Below are positions 18,063-27,170 of a stretch of DNA of 64,000 nucleotides, one piece after another. Made by a program: the position numbers and the translations under genes. Source of the stretch: Candidatus Cybelea sp. (GTDB lineage Bacteria > Vulcanimicrobiota > Vulcanimicrobiia > Vulcanimicrobiales > Vulcanimicrobiaceae); contig DASRSI010000009.1 in NCBI GenBank assembly GCA_035695445.1, forward strand, positions 9,974 to 73,973, read 5' to 3'. The number at the start of each line of letters is the position of its first letter. The stretch's first letter is position 1. The notes under the pieces were generated by a model. The model did not search any database. It saw only the letters and a program-made list of their open reading frames with translations, and was not told the DNA's origin.

Positions 18063-19436
18063 ATGATTGTCATGCGCGTGCGATGGTTGATTGCTGCAGT
18101 GATGCTGCTCTCAATCACGGCATGCTCGTCCTTCGACTCCGGCCCTCGCTTCGCTCGTGCCTACGCTCCGTACGATACGCAGAGAGCGCGCACGGCGACC
18201 ACCACCTCTCCGATACAGCACGTGGTCTTCATCATTCAAGAGAACCGTTCGTTCAACAACCTCTTCATGGGCTTTCCCAAAGCGGAGACGAAGAGCTTCG
18301 GCTACGACCAAAGCGGCGATAAGATCGTGCTGCGTTCGCAAGCATTGGCGACGCAGTGGGATATCGATCACGTTTCGGAGTCCTTCTACGCTGCGTGCGA
18401 CAGCAAGAAAGGTCTACCCGGTACGCATTGCAAGATGGACGGCTGGAACAACGAGCAAGCCGGAATTGGGCATCCTGCGAACGCCCCGTACGCGTACGTC
18501 ACTCGCAGCCAAATCAAGCCGTATTGGACCATGGCGCAGCAATACGTGCTCGCCGACAAGATGTTCGCGTCGAACCTCGACGCCAGTTTTATCGCGCATC
18601 AATACGCGGTCGCCGCATATGCAAGCCACACCGTCGACGGGCCGTTGACGAGCTGGGGCTGCGAGGGCGGCCCGAGCGACACGATCAGGATTCTCACGAA
18701 AAAGCGCAAAGACGGCGCTTCGATCGTGGCCTGCTTCAATAACCCGACGATCGGCACCAACGCCGACACGGCCGGCGTGAGCTGGCGCTTCTACGCGGGC
18801 GGCATCAACGCCGACGGCGGCCTTTGGTCGGCCTACCAGGCGATCAGTCCGGTTTACAACGGGCCCGACTGGAGCAGCAACGTGATCAACCCGCCGGCGC
18901 AGTTCCTAACCGACATCAAGAATAATGAGCTCGCGAACGTCACCTGGATCACCCCGAACCTGGCAGACTCCGATCATCCCGGGCTCAGCGCAAGCGACGG
19001 GCCGGCCTGGGTGGCGAGCCTCGTTGACGCCGTCGGCAAGAGCAAGTTCTGGAACTCGACGGCAATCTTCGTGATGTGGGACGACTGGGGAGGGTGGTTC
19101 GATCCGGTGCAGCCGATCTACAAGGATTACGACGGGCTCGGCTTTCGCGTACCGCTGATCGTGATCTCACCGTATGCCAAGAAGGGCTCGGTGACGCATA
19201 CGCAATACGAAACCTCAAGCGTCGTCCGCTTCATCGAAGATAACTTCAACCTGCCGCAGATGGCGCCCAGCGACACGCGCGCGAAAGATCCCGCGATCGA
19301 TCCGGCGGTCTTCGACTACGCCCAGGCGCCGCGGCCATTCAAGAAAATCCCGGGTTCGAAGCCGGCCTCGTTTTGGTTTAAACTCGGCGGTGGCGCGACG
19401 CACGGGAAGCCCAACGGAATAATCGGTGACGATTAG
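18063..19436 (+). CDS. Phosphoesterase-family lipoprotein, clade C copy C1
   Basis: ATG lies 4 nt after the stop of S53 copy 4. Lipobox LSITAC. Motifs [57 protein letters not shown] and GLGFRVP. Tail IIGDD. Confidence 0.9.
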   Translation: MIVMRVRWLIAAVMLLSITACSSFDSGPRFARAYAPYDTQRARTATTTSPIQHVVFIIQENRSFNNLFMGFPKAETKSFGYDQSGDKIVLRSQALATQWDIDHVSESFYAACDSKKGLPGTHCKMDGWNNEQAGIGHPANAPYAYVTRSQIKPYWTMAQQYVLADKMFASNLDASFIAHQYAVAAYASHTVDGPLTSWGCEGGPSDTIRILTKKRKDGASIVACFNNPTIGTNADTAGVSWRFYAGGINADGGLWSAYQAISPVYNGPDWSSNVINPPAQFLTDIKNNELANVTWITPNLADSDHPGLSASDGPAWVASLVDAVGKSKFWNSTAIFVMWDDWGGWFDPVQPIYKDYDGLGFRVPLIVISPYAKKGSVTHTQYETSSVVRFIEDNFNLPQMAPSDTRAKDPAIDPAVFDYAQAPRPFKKIPGSKPASFWFKLGGGATHGKPNGIIGDD

Positions 19437-20889
19437 GGCTCTCGTCGCAGCGCTCGTCTGCACGTTTTTGCTGAGCGCCTGCTCGACCACAACCGTAACC
19501 CCTAACCAGCCGATTGCACCATCACTTTGTCATCCTGAGCGTAGTGAGCGAAGCGAACCTGGTCGAAGGGGTACGTCGCAACCCTGTGTCATCCTGAGCG
19601 TAGCGTCGCGAAGCGACGCGGAGTCGAAGGGCGAAGGGCGAACCACGAACACCTCTCCCATCAAGCACGTCGTCTTCATCGTTCAGGAGAACCGTTCGTT
19701 CAATAATCTCTTCATGAACTTCCCCGGCGCGACGACGCAGAGCTACGGTTACGACACCTCCGGCAATAAGATTCCACTGCAGTCAATCGACTTAAAGACA
19801 CCCTACGATATCGATCATTCGTCGAACGGCTTCTTCGCGGCGTGCGATGGCACCGGAGAGCTGCCCGGCACGAACTGCAAGATGGACGGCTGGAACAACG
19901 AGAAAACGACGCTCCATGCGCCCGCCAATGCGCCCTACGCGTACGTGTCGCAAAGCGTCATCAAACCGTACTGGTCGATTGCGAAGCAGTACGTGCTCTC
20001 CGACGAAACCTTCGCTTCGAATCTCGATGCCAGCTTCGTCGCCCACCAGTACGTGGTCGCCGCGTATGCCGCTCGCACCGTCAACGGCCCCGACGGTCCG
20101 TGGGGCTGCGAAGGCGGAAAGGCCGATACCACCCCAATTCTCACGAAGAAGCGCACGATCGGGAAGAACCGCATCGTGACGTGCTTTACGTTTACCACGA
20201 TGGGGAACGAGGCCGACGCAGCGGGTTTGAGCTGGCGGTTCTACTCGGAAGGAATCTATGATTACGGCGGCATCTGGTCGTCGTACCAGGCTGACGACAA
20301 AATCTATCACGGCGCCGACTGGAGCACCAACGTCATCAATCCGGGCGCGCAGTTCCTCACCGACATCGGTAACGGCCAGCTTGCGAACATCACCTGGATC
20401 ACCCCTACCTACAAGAACTCCGATCACTCGGGGCTGGGCGCGACGAGTGGACCGGCGTGGGTCGCCTCGCTCGTCAACGCGATCGGCAAAAGTACGTTCT
20501 GGAAGTCGACCGCGATCTTCATCATGTGGGACGACTGGGGCGGCTGGTTCGATCCGGTGGCGCCCGTCTTCAAGGATTACGACGGTTTAGGCTTTCGCGT
20601 GCCGCTGCTGATGGTCTCGCCCTACGCGAAGAAAGGCTCCGTGACGCACACGCAATACGAAACGTCGAGCGTGCTCCGATTCATGGAAGATACCTTCGGT
20701 TTGGCGCCGATGGCCAAGAGCGACGCACGAGCGAGCGATCCCGCCAACGATGCCGCCGCCTTCGATTTCTCGCAGAAGCCGCGCGCGTTCAAGAAGATCG
20801 CCGGCGCGAAGCCGGCATGGTATTGGTTCGAGCGCGAACGTTTGGAGAACGCCAAGCCGAGGCCGAAAACCATGTTCGGCGACGACTAA
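19426..20889 (+). CDS. Phosphoesterase-family lipoprotein, clade C copy C2 (REP-like element in frame in the linker)
   Basis: GTG at 19426 overlaps the end of C1 by 11 nt. Lipobox FLLSAC. Motifs [56 protein letters not shown]. Tail MFGDD. The linker is about 40 aa longer than in C1. Confidence 0.9.
   Translation: MTIRALVAALVCTFLLSACSTTTVTPNQPIAPSLCHPERSERSEPGRRGTSQPCVILSVASRSDAESKGEGRTTNTSPIKHVVFIVQENRSFNNLFMNFPGATTQSYGYDTSGNKIPLQSIDLKTPYDIDHSSNGFFAACDGTGELPGTNCKMDGWNNEKTTLHAPANAPYAYVSQSVIKPYWSIAKQYVLSDETFASNLDASFVAHQYVVAAYAARTVNGPDGPWGCEGGKADTTPILTKKRTIGKNRIVTCFTFTTMGNEADAAGLSWRFYSEGIYDYGGIWSSYQADDKIYHGADWSTNVINPGAQFLTDIGNGQLANITWITPTYKNSDHSGLGATSGPAWVASLVNAIGKSTFWKSTAIFIMWDDWGGWFDPVAPVFKDYDGLGFRVPLLMVSPYAKKGSVTHTQYETSSVLRFMEDTFGLAPMAKSDARASDPANDAAAFDFSQKPRAFKKIAGAKPAWYWFERERLENAKPRPKTMFGDD
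19528..19646. repeat. REP/MITE-like element, copy b (inverted relative to copy a; inside the C2 coding sequence)
   Basis: TGTCATCCTGAGCGTAG occurs twice. Then the hairpin GCGTCGC-GAA-GCGACGC, then GAGTCGAAGGGCGAAGGGCGAACCAC. Translated in frame as LCHPERSERSEPGRRGTSQPCVILSVASRSDAESKGEGRTT. Confidence 0.8.
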
Positions 20890-20923
20890 GCTTACTCGTT
20901 CCTGGGAAAGATGATGCTCAACC

Positions 20924-21271
20924 ATGCGAATCGATCGACGACGTCTGATGCGCTGGCAAGCGCTCTACTATTGCGCGAGCGGCCTCTCGCCGCTTATTTC
21001 GATGGAGTTCTTCGAAAAGATCACCGGCCGAAAGCACGACCGCTGGCTCGTGCAAACGGTCGGCCTGCTCGCCGCGGCGATCGGCGCGTCGCTCTGGGTG
21101 AGTAGTCAATCGGAGAAGCTCGAACCGAGCGCGCTCGTGCTTTCGAATACTTCGGCGCTCGCCTTTGCCGGCATCGACGTCGTGCACGTTGCGCGAGGCC
21201 GCATCTCGCCGGTCTATCTGGCCGATGCGGCGGTCGAACTCGCCATTCTTGCGTTGACGCTCCAATGGTGA
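20924..21271 (+). CDS. Small hypothetical integral membrane protein
   Basis: 115 aa with three or four hydrophobic segments: WQALYYCASGLSPLI, LVQTVGLLAAAIGASLWV, ALVLSNTSALAFAGI and LADAAVELAILALTL. No family recognised. Confidence 0.45.
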   Translation: MRIDRRRLMRWQALYYCASGLSPLISMEFFEKITGRKHDRWLVQTVGLLAAAIGASLWVSSQSEKLEPSALVLSNTSALAFAGIDVVHVARGRISPVYLADAAVELAILALTLQW

Positions 21272-21537
21272 GCCTTCCCCGCGCCCTCGAACCCGGCGAC
21301 GAGGTGATCTTGAGCACGGGCGCCGTCGCGGTGGTGCGTAAAAGCTATCCGAAGGGCTATCGCGGACAGGTGGAGTTCGAGCTCGATGGACGTCTGGAGT
21401 CAGACGACGTCGGGTCGCTCACGTTGCAAGACGCGGCTCAGCCCCAGGATGCAGCCGCGCTCGGGACGTCGGACCGCGACGACCGGGAAGGCGAAGAGTC
21501 GAACGTCCGCGCCCCGAGCACGCGCATGGAGGATTGA
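21265..21537 (+). CDS. Small hypothetical protein
   Basis: 90 aa. Its ATG overlaps the upstream stop (ATGGTGA). The N-terminal half looks like a small beta-domain (LEPGDEVILSTGAVAVVRKSYPKGYRGQVEFELDG) and the tail is acidic and low-complexity. Confidence 0.4.
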   Translation: MVSLPRALEPGDEVILSTGAVAVVRKSYPKGYRGQVEFELDGRLESDDVGSLTLQDAAQPQDAAALGTSDRDDREGEESNVRAPSTRMED

Positions 21538-22891
21538 GCCCGCGAAGAACGCCGTTCTCGCCCTCGCGTTTGCCGTCACGCTCGCGTCGTGCGGCCACTC
21601 CTCCGTGCCGAATCTCACCCCGAACGCAGCGTCGCGAAGCGACGCGGTTGTGCAGACCACGCCCATCAAGCACGTGGTTTTCGTTATTCAAGAGAACCGT
21701 TCGTTCAACAATCTCTTCGAAGGTTTTCCCGGCGCGAAGACGGCGAAGTACGGCTTCGACCAGACCGGCAAGCGGATCACGCTGCGAAAGACTGCGCTCG
21801 GAATCTATTGGGACCTTGGGCATTCGGGTGAAGCATTTTATACGGACTGCCACGGTGCGGGCAAAATTCGCGGCACCGATTGCCGCAACGACGGTTGGAA
21901 CAAGGAGGTCGTCGTGGGGAATCATCCGCCGAACCCAGCCTACACGTTTGTAAACCAACAGCAGATCGCTCCGTACTGGACGATGGCCAAGCAGTACGTG
22001 CTTGCCGATGAAATGTCCTCTTCGAATCTCGACGGCAGTTTCATCTCACATCAATACGCCATAGCCGCCTTTGCGAGTCACGCCTGGGATTATCCGAGCG
22101 GGGATTGGGGATGCGAGGGCGGAGCGAAGGATACGATCGCGACGGTGCAACCCGGGCGCAAGCTCGGTCCGCGCATTGTGGTTTGCTTTAAGAATCCGAC
22201 GATCGGTTCCGAAGCCGACGCGAGCGGCGTTACCTGGCGTTTTTATAGCAGCACGCCCACCGGCGACGGCGGTCTGTGGTCGGCCTATCAGGCCGATCGT
22301 GAGATCTATTACGGCTCCGACTGGAAGGCCGACGTGATCAATCCGGCTTCGCGGTTCCTCACCGATATCGGAGCCGGCAAACTCGCGAGCGTCACCTGGA
22401 TTACGCCGACGTTCGAAACGTCGGATCACCCGGGCGTCAACGCAACGCAGGGGCCTGCGTGGGTCGCGAGCATCGCCGACGCCGTCGGCGAGAGCAAGTT
22501 CTGGAAGAGCACCGCGGTCTTCATCATGTGGGACGACTGGGGCGGATTCTTCGATCCGGTCAAGCCGATCTACAAAGATTACGATGGGCTGGGATATCGC
22601 GTGCCGCTCATCGTGGTCTCGCCTTATGCCAAGCAAGGCTCGGTGACGCACGTCCAGTACGAGACGACGAGCGTGCTCCGTTTCATCGAGGGGAACTTCG
22701 GCCTAGCGGAACTCAGCGGGAGCGACGCCCGCGCGGCCGATCCCGCAAGCGATCCCGCCGCATTCGACTTCAAGCAGAAGCCGCGGGTGTTCAAGAAGAT
22801 TCCGGGCGCGAAGCCGCCGTCGTACTGGAACGACCTCGAACGGAACTACGAACTACACGGTATTGCGGGAACGATTCTCGGCGACGACTAG
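21533..22891 (+). CDS. Phosphoesterase-family lipoprotein, clade C copy C3 (start uncertain)
   Basis: Motifs [56 protein letters not shown]. Tail ILGDD. Lipobox VTLASC. The only initiator giving a normal-length signal peptide is ATT 21533, which overlaps the upstream TGA (ATTGA). Canonical alternatives ATG 21449 and 21386 overlap the upstream ORF by 89 nt or more. Confidence 0.85.
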   Translation: MEPAKNAVLALAFAVTLASCGHSSVPNLTPNAASRSDAVVQTTPIKHVVFVIQENRSFNNLFEGFPGAKTAKYGFDQTGKRITLRKTALGIYWDLGHSGEAFYTDCHGAGKIRGTDCRNDGWNKEVVVGNHPPNPAYTFVNQQQIAPYWTMAKQYVLADEMSSSNLDGSFISHQYAIAAFASHAWDYPSGDWGCEGGAKDTIATVQPGRKLGPRIVVCFKNPTIGSEADASGVTWRFYSSTPTGDGGLWSAYQADREIYYGSDWKADVINPASRFLTDIGAGKLASVTWITPTFETSDHPGVNATQGPAWVASIADAVGESKFWKSTAVFIMWDDWGGFFDPVKPIYKDYDGLGYRVPLIVVSPYAKQGSVTHVQYETTSVLRFIEGNFGLAELSGSDARAADPASDPAAFDFKQKPRVFKKIPGAKPPSYWNDLERNYELHGIAGTILGDD

Positions 22892-22901
22892 AGACGCCGC
22901 C

Positions 22902-24284
22902 TCATTCATAATCCGGGGCGAAGTAGTCGTTCGGAAGGTGCCCGATAAAGAACTTCGGAGGATGCGGCGCGGCGATCTTGACGAACGGACGCGGCTTCTG
23001 CGCAAAATCGAAACAGTCTTTGGCCGGCGAGTTCGCTCGCCGATCGGCCGCCGCAAGCTGACTTAGGCCCCAGAGGTCCTCGGCGAAGCGCAGCACGCTG
23101 GCCGTTTCGTAGTGCACGTGCGAAACGCGCCCGGCTCGCGCGTACGGCGAAATCACCAGCAACGGCACGCGGAATCCGAGGCCGTCGTAATCGACAAACG
23201 CCGGCGGCACGTGATCGTAGAGACCGCCCCAATCGTCCCAAATGACGAAGATCGCCGTCGAACTCCAGAATTCGCTCTTCCCCACGGTATTGACCAAGGC
23301 TGCGACCCACGAGGGGCCGAAACCGCCGCCGCACTGCGAGTGATCCGAATCGGAACAGACCGGTGTGATCCATGTAAAGTTCGCAAGATTCCCTTTGCGG
23401 ACGTCGAGGATGAACTTGTAGTCCGGCGAGATAACCTTCTTCCAATCGGGGCCGTACCGGATATGCTTAACGGCCTGATAACCCGACCAACCGTTTCCGC
23501 TGCCGCTCTCCTTCGTGCCGTAGGAGCTTGCGTAAAACCGCCAGCGGATTCCCGCCGCATCGAACTCGTCGCCGAGCGTCTGATAATCGTAACAGGGTTT
23601 GATCCTCGGACCCAGCGTGCGATCGTCAGTAAGCGTCGCAATCGTGTCCGTCCTGCCGCCGCCGCATCCCCAAAATCCCATCGGTGTATTCACGCTGGAA
23701 TCGGCCTGAGCCGCGACGATATATTGATGCGCGGTGAAGCTCTCGTCGAGCTGCGATTGAAACATTCGATCGGCGAGAACCCCTTCGCGCGCCATGTCGA
23801 AGTACGGCTTCGACTCCTTGTGCGGCACGTAGACATACTGAGGATTCGGGGGGCCAAAGTACGACCGCTCATTGTTGAAGCCGTTCATGCGGCACTTCGT
23901 GCCGGGGAGCTTGCCCCTGCCGTTACATGCCTCAAACATCGCTTCGGCCGAGTGGTCGATCTGGTAGGCGGTCGCGAGGCTGACCGGCGCCAACTGAATC
24001 GTTTCACCTTTCGAATTCATGCCGCTCGAGACGGTGTCGGCGCCGGGATACCCCTGAAAGAGGTTGTCGAAGCTGCGGTTCTCCTGGACGATGAATACGA
24101 TGTGTTTGATCTTGCCGGCCCCGGTGGCGTCGAGAGCCTGCAACGCCGAACCGCTGCGCATGTACGGGAGTGACGACGGCTGCGAACCGCTCGCGCAGCC
24201 CACTAAGAGCGCGCCGGAAAAGAGGCCTCCGAGAATGCAAAGTAGCCGAGCAACAATGCCGCGACGCGGCGCTGAGCGCACCAT
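22902..24284 (-). CDS. Phosphoesterase-family lipoprotein, clade B copy B4
   Basis: ATG at 24284 ([30 protein letters not shown]) aligns with the B5 start; ATG 24293 is an alternative. Motifs [58 protein letters not shown]. Tail APDYE. Confidence 0.9.
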   Translation of the reverse strand: MVRSAPRRGIVARLLCILGGLFSGALLVGCASGSQPSSLPYMRSGSALQALDATGAGKIKHIVFIVQENRSFDNLFQGYPGADTVSSGMNSKGETIQLAPVSLATAYQIDHSAEAMFEACNGRGKLPGTKCRMNGFNNERSYFGPPNPQYVYVPHKESKPYFDMAREGVLADRMFQSQLDESFTAHQYIVAAQADSSVNTPMGFWGCGGGRTDTIATLTDDRTLGPRIKPCYDYQTLGDEFDAAGIRWRFYASSYGTKESGSGNGWSGYQAVKHIRYGPDWKKVISPDYKFILDVRKGNLANFTWITPVCSDSDHSQCGGGFGPSWVAALVNTVGKSEFWSSTAIFVIWDDWGGLYDHVPPAFVDYDGLGFRVPLLVISPYARAGRVSHVHYETASVLRFAEDLWGLSQLAAADRRANSPAKDCFDFAQKPRPFVKIAAPHPPKFFIGHLPNDYFAPDYE

Positions 24285-24336
24285 TGGGAGCATATGCGAG
24301 GGAGGCTGCTCGCGTCCCTGTCGGGAACGTTCGGGC
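24285..24336. promoter_or_regulatory. Conserved bidirectional control region between divergent B4 and C4
   Basis: A gap of about 52 bp whose core GCGAGGGAGGCTGCTCGCGTCCCTGTCGGGAAC is homologous to the B5/C5 gap at 27118-27170. Confidence 0.4.
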
Positions 24337-25749
24337 GTGCCACGCTCTTTGAGTCTGTGGGGCCGCACGGCATGGGCTTTCGCGGCGGTTCCGGCTGCGC
24401 TTGCGCTAAATGCGTGCACGAGCAGCACGCGCTTGGTTGAAGAACCCTTCGCCAGACGCCCTTCGACTTCGGCGCTGCGTGCCTACGCTCAGCATGACAC
24501 GGAGACAACAACGGCATCGCCCATCAAGCACGTCGTCTTCATCATTCAAGAGAACCGCTCGTTCAACAATCTTTTCATGGGATATCCCGGCGCGACAACC
24601 GCGACGTTCGGGTATAACGAACGCCATCACAAAATTGCGCTGCACTCTCAAGGCCTCGCCACTGCGTGGGATCTCGGGCACACTTCGCAGGCGTTCTTCA
24701 CCGCCTGCGACGGCAAAGGCACGCTTCCGGGAACCAAGTGCAAGATGGACGGCTGGAATCACGAGCAAGCCACCACCGGCCATCCAAAGAACTTCGCCTA
24801 TGCGTACGTGCCGCAAGACGAGATCGCGCCGTATTGGCAAATGGCCAAGCAGTACGTGCTCGCCGATCGCATGTTTACATCCGAGATCGACGGCAGCTTC
24901 GTCGCGCATCAGTATGCCGTCGCCGCTTTTGCGAGCCACGCCATCGATAGTCCGCTGACCAAGTGGGGCTGCACCGGCGGCACAACCGATACGGTCACGA
25001 CGTTCACGAAGCTTCGGACGTACGGTCCTTCCATTCGTGCCTGCTTCAATAATGCGACGCTCGGCGCTGCAGCCGACAGCGCCGGCCTGAGCTGGCGATA
25101 CTACGCCGGCGATCTGAAATCGAGCGGCTTCTTTTGGTCGGCCTATCAAGTCGATCGCCCGATCTTCAGAGGTCCCGATTGGAGCGCCGACGTCATCAAC
25201 CCGCCCGCGCAAGTGCTCACCGACATCGCCAACGGCGAGCTCGCAAACATCACGTGGGTCACGCCCACGTTCACAACCTCCGACCATCCCGGATTGCTCG
25301 GTGATTCAACGGAAGGCCCCGCATGGGTGGCGAGCGTCGTCGACGCAATTGGCGAGAGTAAGTTCTGGGATTCGACGGCAATCTTCGTGATGTGGGACGA
25401 TTGGGGCGGCTGGTACGATCCCGTGAAACCGGTCTACGAAGATTACGACGGGCTCGGCTTTCGTGTGCCGCTGTTGATGATCTCTCCGTATGCGAAGAAA
25501 GGCTACGTTACCCACGTCCAATACGAAACGGCGAGCGTCTTGCGCTATATCGAAGATAACTTTGGACTGCCCCCGCTTGCGACGAGCGACAAGCGCGCAA
25601 ACGATCCCGTGACGGATGCGTTCGATTACAAACAGAAACCGCGCGCGTTCAAAAATATTGGGAGCGCGAAACCTTCATCGTATTGGACGCAGCTCGAGCG
25701 GTTACCGGAAGGGCTTCCACCGCCGGGCAGTATGCTCGGCGACGACTGA
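24337..25749 (+). CDS. Phosphoesterase-family lipoprotein, clade C copy C4
   Basis: GTG at 24337 (or TTG 24349) gives (M)[26 protein letters not shown]. Motifs [56 protein letters not shown]. Tail MLGDD. The track start 24064 is antisense to B4. Confidence 0.9.
   Translation: MPRSLSLWGRTAWAFAAVPAALALNACTSSTRLVEEPFARRPSTSALRAYAQHDTETTTASPIKHVVFIIQENRSFNNLFMGYPGATTATFGYNERHHKIALHSQGLATAWDLGHTSQAFFTACDGKGTLPGTKCKMDGWNHEQATTGHPKNFAYAYVPQDEIAPYWQMAKQYVLADRMFTSEIDGSFVAHQYAVAAFASHAIDSPLTKWGCTGGTTDTVTTFTKLRTYGPSIRACFNNATLGAAADSAGLSWRYYAGDLKSSGFFWSAYQVDRPIFRGPDWSADVINPPAQVLTDIANGELANITWVTPTFTTSDHPGLLGDSTEGPAWVASVVDAIGESKFWDSTAIFVMWDDWGGWYDPVKPVYEDYDGLGFRVPLLMISPYAKKGYVTHVQYETASVLRYIEDNFGLPPLATSDKRANDPVTDAFDYKQKPRAFKNIGSAKPSSYWTQLERLPEGLPPPGSMLGDD
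24445..24499. repeat. Degenerate REP/MITE-like element, copy d (inside the C4 linker)
   Basis: CCCTTCGCCAGACGCCCTTCGACTTCGGCGCTGCGTGCCTACGCTCAGCATGACA. Translated in frame as [19 protein letters not shown]. Confidence 0.55.
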
Positions 25750-27117
25750 CTATTCGTAATCCGGCGCTTGCTCCCCACCATACTGGTCCATGAAAAACTT
25801 GGGAGGATACGGCGCTTTGATTTTCACGAAGGCACGAGGTTTCTGCGAGAAATCGAAGCAGTCTTTGGCCGGTGAGGTTGCCCGCGCGTCCGCTGTCGAA
25901 AGCTGCGCGAGTCCGAAGAGATCCTCGGCGAAGCGCAGCACGCTCGTTGTTTCGTATTGGACGTGCGACACGTAGCGTTGCTTGGCGTACGGCGAGATCA
26001 CGAGCAGCGGAACGCGGAAGCCCAATGAGTCCGGGCCGAGATACGGCGGTGGCACGTGATCGTAGAGGCCGCCCCAATCATCCCACATCACGAAGATCGC
26101 CGTCGAATCCCAGAACTTGCTCTTTCCGACGGCATTGACGAGCGTGGCGACCCACGACGGTCCCTTCCCGCCATTGGGACACGCAACATGATCGGAATCG
26201 TCGCACACGGGAGTGATCCAGGTAAAATTGGCAAGTTTTCCCGCCTGCACGTCGGTGAGGAACTGCCAATTCGGCGAGATTACGTTTTTCCAGTCGGGAC
26301 CGTAGCGGATGTGATGCACGGCGAGGAAACCCGACCACGGAGCGCCCTGGCCACTCTGACCGCTGCCATACGTGCTGGCATAGAACCGCCACGAGAGCTT
26401 GGCAGCGTCGAGCTCGTCGGCGAGCGTTTGGTAATCGAAGCACGGATGCTCTTTGGGCCCGTTGGTCTTGCGCTGCGCCGTGATCGTACGAATCGTGTCG
26501 GTCTTTCCGCCGCCGCATCCCCACGCCCCGGTCGGCAAGTTCACCGCCGCCGTGGCCTGCGCGGCAATGACGTATTGGTGCGCAACAAAGCTCTCGTCGA
26601 GCTGCGATTGGAACATTTTATCGGCGAGCACCCATTCGTGCGCCATATCCCAATAGGGCTTCGACTCGCTGTGCGGCACGTAGACGTACTCGCGATTACG
26701 CGGACCGCCGGCGCCGATCTCGCGATTGAATCCGTCCATTCGGCACTTCGTCCCGGGAAGCCGATGCGATCCGTGACAGGCGGCGAACATGGCTTCTGCC
26801 GAGTGGTCGATCACGTAAACTTTCGAAAGCGACTCGGGTTGAAGCTCGATCGTCTGACCGCGCGAATTCTTTCCGCTCGAAACCGTATCGGCGCCCGGAT
26901 AGCCCTCGAACATGTTGTCGAAGCTGCGGTTTTCCTGAATGATGAAAACGACGTGCTTGATTTTACCGGCCCCGGTGGCGCCGAGGGCGCTCAGCGCGGC
27001 TGCGCTGCGCATATACGGCAGCGCCGGTTGCGAGCTCGGCGAGCAGCCTGCCAGCGCGTTTCCGAAAGCAAAACAGGCGAGCAACAATGCCGCGGAGCGG
27101 CAACCCCGGCACACCAT
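25750..27117 (-). CDS. Phosphoesterase-family lipoprotein, clade B copy B5
   Basis: ATG at 27117 gives MVCRGCRSAALLLACFAFGNALAGC. Motifs [55 protein letters not shown]. Tail APDYE. Its stop codon abuts the C4 stop with 0 nt between. Confidence 0.9.
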   Translation of the reverse strand: MVCRGCRSAALLLACFAFGNALAGCSPSSQPALPYMRSAAALSALGATGAGKIKHVVFIIQENRSFDNMFEGYPGADTVSSGKNSRGQTIELQPESLSKVYVIDHSAEAMFAACHGSHRLPGTKCRMDGFNREIGAGGPRNREYVYVPHSESKPYWDMAHEWVLADKMFQSQLDESFVAHQYVIAAQATAAVNLPTGAWGCGGGKTDTIRTITAQRKTNGPKEHPCFDYQTLADELDAAKLSWRFYASTYGSGQSGQGAPWSGFLAVHHIRYGPDWKNVISPNWQFLTDVQAGKLANFTWITPVCDDSDHVACPNGGKGPSWVATLVNAVGKSKFWDSTAIFVMWDDWGGLYDHVPPPYLGPDSLGFRVPLLVISPYAKQRYVSHVQYETTSVLRFAEDLFGLAQLSTADARATSPAKDCFDFSQKPRAFVKIKAPYPPKFFMDQYGGEQAPDYE

Positions 27118-27170
27118 CGAGAAGGTTATGCGCGGGAGGCTGTGCCTGCCCCTGTCGGGAAACCTCAAGC
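27118..27170. promoter_or_regulatory. Conserved bidirectional control region between divergent B5 and C5
   Basis: GCGCGGGAGGCTGTGCCTGCCCCTGTCGGGAAAC, homologous to 24285-24336. Confidence 0.4.

Noticed and set aside
24285-24336. Possible PhoB-type Pho box in the conserved B/C intergenic regions (CTGTC within CCCTGTCGGGAA).
   Set aside because: There is only a single CTGTC half-site and no second direct repeat at about 11-bp spacing. I therefore cannot call it a Pho box; it is kept only as an unnamed conserved motif.
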